Virus record (IMG/VR): IMGVR_UViG_3300030037_000008
Coordinates: 47,072-111,071 of that record
Length of the DNA: 64,000 nt
Reading direction: 5' to 3' (one strand)
From: a virus
Taxonomy: Duplodnaviria; Heunggongvirae; Uroviricota; Caudoviricetes
In this document: piece after piece, positions 43,669-52,106 of the stretch
Layout: each line of letters begins with the position of its first letter
Numbering within the stretch: position 1 is the first letter of the stretch
The notes under the pieces: generated by a model
What the model was told of the DNA's origin: nothing
Databases searched by the model: none
What the model saw: the letters and a program-made list of their open reading frames with translations, nothing else
Translations under genes and position numbers: made by a program

Positions 43669-44779
43669 CCCAAGTACATCGAAACTAAGTTCATTTCTTT
43701 ATACAATGTTTCAAACTTATTATAGAGACGATGCTGTCTGTATGCTTAAGCAATCTAACTTAGATAGATTTGATGACTACAACAAAATTCAAGATGTAGT
43801 AGACTTTACATTAGATCATAAAGAAGATCCTGTTTTAGTATGTCTAATAGGATGGGAGTTTGGATTAAACTCTGAAGATCTTTCCTATGCAAAAACTCTA
43901 GGACAAGATCTCTATGATGTAGTACTTATTGAAGTTATGAAAGCTATTAAAATGGATTCTGCTGAATACATCAAGTTAGCTAGTGGTATTGAATGGAATG
44001 CTTCAAGCAAAATAACTTTATTCATTATGCTTCTGAATAATGCGTACAGATCTAAGAATTTAGTTAAAGCAAGACTCAATAAGGCTTTTGATTCTTTACT
44101 TTACATCCAAAGATTAAGTCGTTCTAGATTGTATACAACTGATAGCATAAAAGGTAACTATCATTGCTTTGATATTGAAATTCCTAAAAGTAAAAGTTAT
44201 GCTTACTTCGGTCTTAAAGATGGTAGAGTAGATAACTTCCTTATAGATACAAACAACAAGAATTTGATTGATGTCGATTATATCTTATCTACTCGCATTG
44301 GTTTTAGTCAAGGTGATGCAGAAGCTGATTTCACCGCAGTTAAATTCTACGAAGAGATAAAGGTAGAAGAGCCACCTAACGCATGGAATAATGATCCTAC
44401 TTCTATAAATGCTATTTATAACAGCTATAATTATACTCGCTCTTCTTACAACGACGATTATCAACAAAGGCAATATAGCAATCAAATTCAAATGATAATG
44501 AATGGGAATAATAGTTTGAATGCTGTAGCTTTAATGTTAGCTTTCGATTTTCCTGATACAGCCATTGAAGCTATTAAAGTTCAATTAGATAGATTAAAAC
44601 CTGATGTTAATTACAATGAAATTCAAATTGAGTATATGTTTAATTGTGCAGTTAATGATAGATATATTCCTTCAGTAGTATTTGAAGAAAGATTAACCAG
44701 TTACGAAAATATAACAAAAGCCATAGCAAAAGATGCTATGGCTCTCTACGGAGATCATGATGAAGAGCCTCCTTTCTAA
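43637..44779 (+). CDS. hypothetical protein (380 aa)
   Basis: Long ORF. C-terminal ...MALYGDHDEEPPF. Confidence 0.5.
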   Translation: MSSNQRIYMHNPSTSKLSSFLYTMFQTYYRDDAVCMLKQSNLDRFDDYNKIQDVVDFTLDHKEDPVLVCLIGWEFGLNSEDLSYAKTLGQDLYDVVLIEVMKAIKMDSAEYIKLASGIEWNASSKITLFIMLLNNAYRSKNLVKARLNKAFDSLLYIQRLSRSRLYTTDSIKGNYHCFDIEIPKSKSYAYFGLKDGRVDNFLIDTNNKNLIDVDYILSTRIGFSQGDAEADFTAVKFYEEIKVEEPPNAWNNDPTSINAIYNSYNYTRSSYNDDYQQRQYSNQIQMIMNGNNSLNAVALMLAFDFPDTAIEAIKVQLDRLKPDVNYNEIQIEYMFNCAVNDRYIPSVVFEERLTSYENITKAIAKDAMALYGDHDEEPPF

Positions 44780-45927
44780 GAATAGAGTGTATATGACTTG
44801 ACTATAAACTCAAGTCTTTCAGCATATTCTTCATCACTGACACTAATATCAAATAATTCTTGGTATTGGTGTCTTTCTATTATGTCTATAACATTCATTT
44901 TGCCATAGTCATATTGATCCATACATACTTCTTTAATTCGTACGAGAGCACTTGGATAAGTGGTTACAAGTTCTTTAACCTTATCTAACTTATGGTATTC
45001 TGCTAATGACAGAAAGAACTCTTCTAGTACCGACGGGAGTGAATAGCTAAATGCTTGACTAAACTTAGTCGTATCTAATACCAATGACTCGGTTTTGTCA
45101 GAAGCCCAATCCGCATCACTATCATCATACAAATCATTAACATAGTTAGAAACTTTAAAGTGTTCAACTTTGTCAAGATCGTTGGTTGCTAGGAATTCCG
45201 GATTGATATCAATACACATTTTATCAATGATGGATCCTATACAGTTCTCTTTAAAGTTCTTTACTCCATGAGTTATAGGTGAAGCTGATAAATTGTAGAC
45301 ACCATATTTGTTTAATTCATTATCTACTATATGAGCTATAGCTTTAGCTACTGTCCTAGTTCGAGTATAACTTTTAGATGTACTCGCAGTATAATCATAC
45401 CCAATCATTCTAGTATTCGATAACGCACCACGTAATAATGAGTCAAACTCCTCTTGTATTTTAGTGGAATAGTCAAAGTCTAACGGGTTTGTTGTTGATA
45501 ATCTTAGAATAATAGATTGAGGATTATAAACTTGTACAATATCTTCAGCTAGCTTAGTAGGACATTGCTCAGCCATTGATTCATTCTTCAGTTCATTCTT
45601 GTTGCTGTTATATACTTTATCATTACTGAGATGTATTAACACCTGATCTTTATTGTTAGTCGTTTCTGCTATACTTCCAGTGATTACATTACTATTTATA
45701 AATTTACTAGGACATACATTAAAGTCATTATCGTGCAGTAGAGTGTTGATAACGTATTCATAGTTCTTTTTTCTTAGATCACTGTTAATACCGTTTATCA
45801 GTAAAGAACAGTCGTCATCTAACATGTTGTTAGTTACTTCAATCACATCATACATAGCATCAAGAGATTCCTCTAGACATTTAAGTATCCATGATCCTGG
45901 TTCTGCTATTATTGCTACTGTTGACAT
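44776..45927 (-). CDS. hypothetical protein (383 aa)
   Basis: Long ORF immediately downstream of uvsX. Its stop overlaps the convergent plus-strand stop at 44776-44779. Ends YTLYS. Confidence 0.5.
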   Translation of the reverse strand: MSTVAIIAEPGSWILKCLEESLDAMYDVIEVTNNMLDDDCSLLINGINSDLRKKNYEYVINTLLHDNDFNVCPSKFINSNVITGSIAETTNNKDQVLIHLSNDKVYNSNKNELKNESMAEQCPTKLAEDIVQVYNPQSIILRLSTTNPLDFDYSTKIQEEFDSLLRGALSNTRMIGYDYTASTSKSYTRTRTVAKAIAHIVDNELNKYGVYNLSASPITHGVKNFKENCIGSIIDKMCIDINPEFLATNDLDKVEHFKVSNYVNDLYDDSDADWASDKTESLVLDTTKFSQAFSYSLPSVLEEFFLSLAEYHKLDKVKELVTTYPSALVRIKEVCMDQYDYGKMNVIDIIERHQYQELFDISVSDEEYAERLEFIVKSYTLYS

Positions 45928-45950
45928 ATTAATTCTTTATTTAAATTTAT

Positions 45951-45984
45951 AATTAAAAGAGGGTAGAAATTAATTTCTACCCTC
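45951..45984 (-). terminator. rho-independent terminator downstream of uvsX
   Basis: Perfect 13-bp inverted repeat GAGGGTAGAAATT/AATTTCTACCCTC (45959-45984), followed on the minus-strand RNA by UUUUAAUU. Confidence 0.6.
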
Positions 45985-45991
45985 AATTAAA

Positions 45992-47965
45992 TTAACCTAG
46001 CAGTAAGCTAGGATCAATTACTACTTTACCACCATCAAGTTCAGCAACAGCCAAATCATTAGCGGCATCAATTTCAGCTTCCATTTCAGCGTCAGTTAAT
46101 CCAGAAGAATATCCACGATCTTTAGCATAAGACTTATTAAGCTCTGTAATGATCGGTGCCCACATTTCAGTGTCATCAATAAATTGAGATAGTCTGCGTT
46201 TCTTTTCAGGATCCGGACTAGACGGAACAGTATAGAAACTACCATGTTGAACAATATGTCCAAAACGTTTAGCATCTTCTACTAATCCAAAGTACTTCTT
46301 AGGACCTTGAGCATAGGAGAGGAACATTTCCGATTGATAGAAAGGTTTAACAATTCTGTTCTTAACTGTCAAGAATCTAAGGATAGATGCATTGAAGTGT
46401 TGACCTTCAGCTTTACCATTAGCATTCTTTTCATTTTTCTTAGAACATTGGATGATTAAGTGAGCAGCATAAACTACACCTCTACCACCACCCATTGGTT
46501 TAACTTTAGTAGCATGCATTGCAGCAGGATCATCATAAGTGTGGTTAATAAGAATACAAGAAGTATCTGATTTGAGAGCAGGAATAATAAGAGCTTTAAC
46601 TAAAGAGTTAATTTTCTTTGCTCTGCCACCCATCTCTGAAACTTGCTTACCTTTTTCAACAGCATCAACCATTGTCTTATCAGTTACTAGCATACCAAGT
46701 GAGTCAAGAATACAAAGGAACTTCGCATCTGGATTATCTTTCTTATATTCACTAAGCTTCTTATAAGTAGTTAGAAGTTTAACTGCACAATCTTCTACAG
46801 ATTCTACTAACACATGTTCGATCTTATCAGGATCACAACCACGTGATTCAAAGAATTCAACCAAGCCACCACCTTCAGAGTCGAAGTAGAAGATAACATC
46901 ATAGTCTTCTTCGTTCAATGCATTAGCTGCAATGTTAGCTGCGATAAAAGATTTACCTGAGTTGTGTGAAGCAATTCCACCAGCAAAGTATCTATGATTC
47001 TCATGAGCAACTTCGATATCATAGCACATCTCTTTTGTTTTTAGATCTTCTATGTGAGTAACTGCAGCAGGATATACTGATCCTTCAAGTTCAACTTTAG
47101 TAATGTCATACTCATTAAGATCTTTAACAAAGACGAATTTTTCAATACCTTCGTTTTCAGTATCAGTAAGTTGTAAAGCATGTTCAGCGGCACATTCAAG
47201 TGTAAGCTTACGTTCCTTTTCTTCAAACGTTCCATCTTCTTGTTCAACACTAAACTTGCTAGTAGTTGTAACAGACCAGATATCTTGTTCACCTTTCTCA
47301 AAGAAATTTGCTATACGAACTAAACCATCAGGACTTGATACAAATAATCCTTCATGGTTTCCATTTGCTAATAGCTTAATAGGAAGTTCTTTCTCACACA
47401 TCTGAGACATAAGCATTACTTTAATAAGAGTAAGGTTAGTAAGGTTTCTACCAATCCATTCATATAGAGTAATGTCTTTAGGACGATCTTTACTAAAACT
47501 TGCAGATAATAGTTTATTTGGGATAGAAGTTTGAGAAACAATCTCATCTGAAGTAAAACCAAATTCTACTAAAGTTTCAACTGCATGCATAAATGATTGA
47601 CCTTTACTAATATCAGAATGTTCAGCATAACCTTCTTGGTTCATATTTGCAAGATCTTGTTTATCTGAGTCAGCGACTACGTTAAGGTAGTGATCACTTG
47701 CGATAGCTTCAGTGTAATGATCCTCATTAAATAAAGATTTACCATACACATGGAGAAGAGTGTCTCCAGTGATACACTGTGATTCACCAGCAAGAATTAT
47801 AATTTTACCGGATGGAACACCTCTATCAGTACTACCAGAGATGATAGAGTTTAGAGCCATGTCTCCTGTGGAGATCCAATTCTTAATTACACCATAAGAT
47901 GATTCAGTGAATGATGCAGAATCTGTTTTCTTGCGGATGTCTTTCATTAGACTTTTTATAGACAT
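45992..47965 (-). CDS. uvsX: UvsX-type RecA-like recombinase interrupted by an intein
   Basis: Extein portions total ~385 aa. Walker A is split as ...IIILAGESQ | intein | SGKSFIAANIA. RecA-fold C-terminal half follows. Start taken at the ATG (MSIKSLMKD) with RBS AAAAAAGGAAAATAT-ATG, the same as frd and a-gt; the track ORF begins at a TTG at 48010. Confidence 0.75.
   Translation of the reverse strand: MSIKSLMKDIRKKTDSASFTESSYGVIKNWISTGDMALNSIISGSTDRGVPSGKIIILAGESQCITGDTLLHVYGKSLFNEDHYTEAIASDHYLNVVADSDKQDLANMNQEGYAEHSDISKGQSFMHAVETLVEFGFTSDEIVSQTSIPNKLLSASFSKDRPKDITLYEWIGRNLTNLTLIKVMLMSQMCEKELPIKLLANGNHEGLFVSSPDGLVRIANFFEKGEQDIWSVTTTSKFSVEQEDGTFEEKERKLTLECAAEHALQLTDTENEGIEKFVFVKDLNEYDITKVELEGSVYPAAVTHIEDLKTKEMCYDIEVAHENHRYFAGGIASHNSGKSFIAANIAANALNEEDYDVIFYFDSEGGGLVEFFESRGCDPDKIEHVLVESVEDCAVKLLTTYKKLSEYKKDNPDAKFLCILDSLGMLVTDKTMVDAVEKGKQVSEMGGRAKKINSLVKALIIPALKSDTSCILINHTYDDPAAMHATKVKPMGGGRGVVYAAHLIIQCSKKNEKNANGKAEGQHFNASILRFLTVKNRIVKPFYQSEMFLSYAQGPKKYFGLVEDAKRFGHIVQHGSFYTVPSSPDPEKKRRLSQFIDDTEMWAPIITELNKSYAKDRGYSSGLTDAEMEAEIDAANDLAVAELDGGKVVIDPSLLLG
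46961..47776 (-). mobile_element. intein (~272 aa) inserted in the uvsX P-loop
   Basis: Block A CITGDTLL begins with the required Cys. Block F/G MCYDIEVAHENHRYFAGGIASHN ends in HN followed by the Ser nucleophile of SGKS. The insertion splits the Walker A box GESQ/SGKS. No LAGLIDADG motif was recognised. Confidence 0.7.
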
Positions 47966-48011
47966 ATATTTTCCTTTTTTGTTATTGGTTTCATATAGTA
48001 TATAAAACAAA

Positions 48012-48043
48012 AAAAGGCGCCGTTAGGCACCTCTTCTCTTATT
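48012..48043 (-). terminator. rho-independent terminator between 48071..48604 and uvsX
   Basis: Minus-strand RNA: GGUGCC-UAAC-GGCGCC (6-bp GC-rich stem with one G-U) followed by UUUUUUUGUUUUAU. Confidence 0.6.
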
Positions 48044-48070
48044 GATTTGCAACTATTTTAAGTTACTTTA

Positions 48071-48604
48071 TTAAGCACTCACTGTCTCAATAAACTCAGC
48101 CATAGCTGCTTCATTAATAGCAAGGAGTTCATCAATATTACCAGCATGTCGTTTAACAGATTCTTTAGCCAGAGCTTTCATCATAGCTAAATCGTCGTCT
48201 TCATCTTCTTGAATAACAACAGAAGCTTCTTTACTTGGATTAGCTACTGCGTTAAATGTTGCAACTTGATGAGTCATAACATCAGCTTCTTCTTTAATTT
48301 CTACAAGAACCTTTTGAGTTTTGTCATTCAATTTAGTAAGAGCAGTTGCCCATAGTTTAGCATAGGAAGGGTTCTTAAGTTTATCATGGCTTTTACGCTT
48401 GATAGTAAGTACGGCATCTTTAGTTGATATAATTTTCTCACCATGCTCTTCCATATCTTTTACTACTTCTGCTACGATAGCTTCAGAGTTTTTAGCTTTT
48501 GCTTTAAGAGCTTTAAGACTAGCATTAAGAGCTTCAATCTCTTTGGTATAAGCTTCGTACTCTGCAATTGCAGCTTCTTGTTCTTTAGTAATTGTGATTG
48601 CCAT
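48071..48604 (-). CDS. hypothetical coiled-coil protein (177 aa, Ala/Lys/Glu-rich)
   Basis: ORF; its stop precedes the terminator. Confidence 0.5.
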   Translation of the reverse strand: MAITITKEQEAAIAEYEAYTKEIEALNASLKALKAKAKNSEAIVAEVVKDMEEHGEKIISTKDAVLTIKRKSHDKLKNPSYAKLWATALTKLNDKTQKVLVEIKEEADVMTHQVATFNAVANPSKEASVVIQEDEDDDLAMMKALAKESVKRHAGNIDELLAINEAAMAEFIETVSA

Positions 48605-48605
48605 C

Positions 48606-49856
48606 TTACAGTTCCTCTACTTCGATGTTATGTTTCTTGACCAGCTTGGCGAGTTTTGCATCGATTTGGCTATCTGACATGTCAGAGAACTCATCTTTAG
48701 ATTCTAGAAGGTAACCTTCATATTCTTTAACTTTTTCTAGAAATTCAGAATAAGTATCAACTGCGAATAGCCAATCATCTGATGAATTGTTGAATGCTCC
48801 ACTTTCTGGAATATCTTGTACAAACAATTGACCTGCATTAGTATCAATTGTTAGTTTTGGATATTTAGAAGCATTAGTAAAAAGACCAATGCCGTGAGTT
48901 TCTTCCCATCCATCATCAACCATTTCTTGTTCAGAGTCAGTAAAAGAACGAGTAAATGGCTTGTTTTTAGCATTGTTATAATACATACTGATAAGCTCTT
49001 GCTTCTCTTCTTCTGTCATGCTGTACTCTACCCAAAGATCTTCTTGAGCTTTGACAAAATCGGCACCTGGAATGTAAGCGTTAAAGCCTTCTTCGTCGAA
49101 TACAATATCACTAAACTTCTTATAGATTTCTGACATTCTTTCAGAGCTAGGTTCTTGATAATTTGCATTGTCTTCTGATTCATTAATCGTGGAAGTTAAG
49201 TCTCTAAGTTCTTGAACTTTAGGATCGTCCGCAAACTCTTCAGTAACATCTGAGTCATAATCTAACATATCATCATTTCTTATTGCTGCTGTTACCGCAT
49301 TAATAACGTTATCAATTTTTGATGTATGATAATCACTACTCATTTCATAGTACGTACGGATAGGTCCAGTTGAATCAGTCTTACCTGTCCAATCAAATAC
49401 AGTTAAACGAGCTTTCTCATCATCTTTATATGAAGGAGAAATCTTTACTCTGTTAGGCCAATCTGAGCTACTCTCATTAAGATTAGAAGTAGTTTCAATT
49501 TCTGTAACAAGCTTATCAGTTTTGATTTCAAATTCATTCAGATTAAGAACGAAAATAGCGCCATCAGATAGGGCGTCAATTTCTACTTCTTTATCTGCTG
49601 AAGCTTTGAGCTTTTCTAGAACATCAGTACCAGATGATTCGTTGTCTTGTGCTTCTACACCATTAACTGTCATATTGCTAAGTGACTCTATATTGTCACC
49701 CCAATCTTTGCCTTCTGCCCATGTCATAACAGCATCAACGGTAGCTACTAATGGACCATCTTCATTCATCAGATGTTTACGAGTATCAGAAGTCCTAGAC
49801 TCCAAAAGCTCTTTCTTTGTAGACTCTAATAGAGTCTTGAATTTTGTTTCTTTCAT
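48606..49856 (-). CDS. acidic hypothetical protein (416 aa)
   Basis: Long D/E-rich ORF. Confidence 0.5.
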   Translation of the reverse strand: MKETKFKTLLESTKKELLESRTSDTRKHLMNEDGPLVATVDAVMTWAEGKDWGDNIESLSNMTVNGVEAQDNESSGTDVLEKLKASADKEVEIDALSDGAIFVLNLNEFEIKTDKLVTEIETTSNLNESSSDWPNRVKISPSYKDDEKARLTVFDWTGKTDSTGPIRTYYEMSSDYHTSKIDNVINAVTAAIRNDDMLDYDSDVTEEFADDPKVQELRDLTSTINESEDNANYQEPSSERMSEIYKKFSDIVFDEEGFNAYIPGADFVKAQEDLWVEYSMTEEEKQELISMYYNNAKNKPFTRSFTDSEQEMVDDGWEETHGIGLFTNASKYPKLTIDTNAGQLFVQDIPESGAFNNSSDDWLFAVDTYSEFLEKVKEYEGYLLESKDEFSDMSDSQIDAKLAKLVKKHNIEVEEL

Positions 49857-49874
49857 ATAAGTTCCTGTTGTCGT

Positions 49875-50420
49875 TTAATTATTAAAAATTTTATCATTAG
49901 CATCAGCCATTTCTTCAGGAGTAGAAGAATATGTTATGCCATATTTTGTCATATCAGATGCGATATTATCTGAGTAAGATATTAGATGTTCTAGTTCAAG
50001 CAATTGCTCGAATTCCCATTTAGTATCAAGTAAAATAGTTGGATCTTTCTCAGATTCAAGTACAGATACAATAACACTCATATGTCCAGCATCATACTTA
50101 GGATCGTTGAATAGTTTAACTTCATCCACAGTAAGATCATCTTCAAGTGCAAACTTAATTGCCATCATCTGATCTGTATCAAACTCAGGGTCAGCATACA
50201 TTTCAACTGGGAGTTCTTGTTTAATGCCATCAATTAAGAGATGCATTTTACGTGAAGTATAATTACCAGAAGTCTTGTACTTATTGATCTCTGCTAGTAT
50301 TTCTTCTTCTGTTCTAGTACCTTTGTACTCATCCATCCAAGCCAATGAGCCTGATTCATTGAGCTCTTGTCTAATAGACTCAACAAATGATTTGAACTGA
50401 AGCTTTCGTTTCTTACTCAT
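49875..50420 (-). CDS. hypothetical protein (181 aa)
   Basis: ORF only. Confidence 0.45.
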   Translation of the reverse strand: MSKKRKLQFKSFVESIRQELNESGSLAWMDEYKGTRTEEEILAEINKYKTSGNYTSRKMHLLIDGIKQELPVEMYADPEFDTDQMMAIKFALEDDLTVDEVKLFNDPKYDAGHMSVIVSVLESEKDPTILLDTKWEFEQLLELEHLISYSDNIASDMTKYGITYSSTPEEMADANDKIFNN

Positions 50421-50462
50421 TAGTTATCGTTTCCTTTTTCATTTTCATTATTATATTTATCT

Positions 50463-51269
50463 CTAAAATAGATGTAAGAAGATATATAAATCCTCTTCCA
50501 TGCCACCCATAGATATGAATTCATCTAGAATGTCATACACCCTGTCAACAGGGTATTCATTAAGATTTTTAAAGCACGTTTGAAAGTCTTCAAACATCTG
50601 ATGTATATTATCTGCGACAGGAATAGAAGCACTACGTTCACTAATATTTACACATACTGAATTGAATGCATTAATATAACTATCAATCACGTACATAATA
50701 CTAGCACGACAATCATCAGATTCTTTTAAGTGTTCTTCATAATTTTTATCTTCACCATCAGATGATCTACAATTTAAATAAGCATGAGCCTTAAAGAAAT
50801 CAGTGATGTATTTGTTAATATTACGTCTCTGTTTAAAGACACCTAGCTTAAAGTATGATTCTTCTATTAGACTAAGTTTAAAGTTAGATCCAAGTTTAGC
50901 ATTACGTACTTTAGTGACAGCAGTGATCTCTTCTTCATATACTAAGGTTGGATTAATAGCACCTTCATTAAACTCTTTCTCGGTACACTTGAGTGGTAGT
51001 GTGTAGATCTGATACTTAGTTTCGTGATACTGTTTGAATTGAATAATTTTCTCTTTACGTTTAACAACTAAATCTCTACCAAGCCATGCTGCATATAGAA
51101 TAGGAATAGAAAGCCTAACTGTATGTTTATACTCCTTATCTTTTAATTGTTTATTCTCTTTTAAATAGAAAGCAAATTTGGCATTAGGAATATCTACGAA
51201 TCGATTTACAAGAGACCAGATCTCCATACACTCAGGAAACTCTACTGAACCATCTTTATTTACTATCAT
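50463..51269 (-). CDS. hypothetical protein (268 aa)
   Basis: ORF only. Confidence 0.45.
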   Translation of the reverse strand: MIVNKDGSVEFPECMEIWSLVNRFVDIPNAKFAFYLKENKQLKDKEYKHTVRLSIPILYAAWLGRDLVVKRKEKIIQFKQYHETKYQIYTLPLKCTEKEFNEGAINPTLVYEEEITAVTKVRNAKLGSNFKLSLIEESYFKLGVFKQRRNINKYITDFFKAHAYLNCRSSDGEDKNYEEHLKESDDCRASIMYVIDSYINAFNSVCVNISERSASIPVADNIHQMFEDFQTCFKNLNEYPVDRVYDILDEFISMGGMEEDLYIFLHLF

Positions 51270-51742
51270 TATACTCTTTCCATTTGCATGATTGAAATTG
51301 CATTTTTAATTGACCATGGGTTTTCTTTAATTATCTTAACTGTTTCTGCTAAATATCTTACAACATCTGCTTGAATATCTATAGCATCTTTAAGTTTTTT
51401 AATTGATACATCTTTTTCAGCTGCAGCAATAGTAACATACTTAGGAACATGATCTCCTCCGTATTGTTCTACATAAGCATCTTGTAAAGTGTCCAATTTG
51501 TTTTCTAATTTCTTGAGGACATGCTGTTCTGTGTGGTGTTTAGTTACCCATGTGAGTGCTATTCTACTTGCAGCCATTGACCTTTCTTGTATATTAAATT
51601 CAGATAAATCAAGAGACTCGATAAGAGCTTGGTGTAACTTCTGCATCTTATCTGGTAATACGCTTTCGTAATTACTTTTGAGTATGTCAACTGATGCATC
51701 TGATAGACCTTCTATCTGGTCCATAGCGTGTTTATCTTCCAT
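51269..51742 (-). CDS. hypothetical protein (157 aa)
   Basis: ORF only. Confidence 0.45.
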   Translation of the reverse strand: MEDKHAMDQIEGLSDASVDILKSNYESVLPDKMQKLHQALIESLDLSEFNIQERSMAASRIALTWVTKHHTEQHVLKKLENKLDTLQDAYVEQYGGDHVPKYVTIAAAEKDVSIKKLKDAIDIQADVVRYLAETVKIIKENPWSIKNAISIMQMERV

Positions 51743-51764
51743 TGCAAAAATCTCTTTTTAGTTT

Positions 51765-52100
51765 CTAAGAAACATTAATCCAGTTATCATCTAAAATTTT
51801 GTTAAGATACTCTATATGTTTTATAAAGTTTTCACTACGTTCATGATATTTAACGTACTTCTGTCTTTGTGTAATAGAAGAACTTTCAATAGGATGTCTA
51901 AGATACTTATGTTGTTCTACTGATTCACCGTCACTTAATTGAAATAACCAAAAGAGTTTCATACCTTTAGTTCTTCTCTTGATAAGCAATAAATCAAATA
52001 CTTGGTATATATCTCCGTCAGAATATCTTACTAGTCTAGTACGAGTCTCGTATGCTAATATTCGATCTCGTTCTTCGCCATTCATATACATCATATCCAT
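51765..52100 (-). CDS. hypothetical protein (111 aa)
   Basis: ORF only. Confidence 0.4.
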   Translation of the reverse strand: MDMMYMNGEERDRILAYETRTRLVRYSDGDIYQVFDLLLIKRRTKGMKLFWLFQLSDGESVEQHKYLRHPIESSSITQRQKYVKYHERSENFIKHIEYLNKILDDNWINVS

Positions 52101-52106
52101 GATGAT

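Noticed and set aside
44776-45927. Calling 44776..45927 a third glucosyltransferase (the b-gt position next to uvsX in T4; N-terminus TVAIIAEPG resembles BGT KIAIINMGN)
   Set aside because: Beyond the first 10 residues no BGT blocks (YGGSFRSGQRE, IDEEFD) could be matched. Left as hypothetical.
46961-47776. LAGLIDADG or HNH homing-endonuclease domain inside the uvsX intein
   Set aside because: The central ~150 aa (..LLANGNHEGLFVSSPDGLVRIANFF..) has no recognisable LAGLIDADG pair or HNH motif. Reported only as an intein, possibly a mini or degenerate form.
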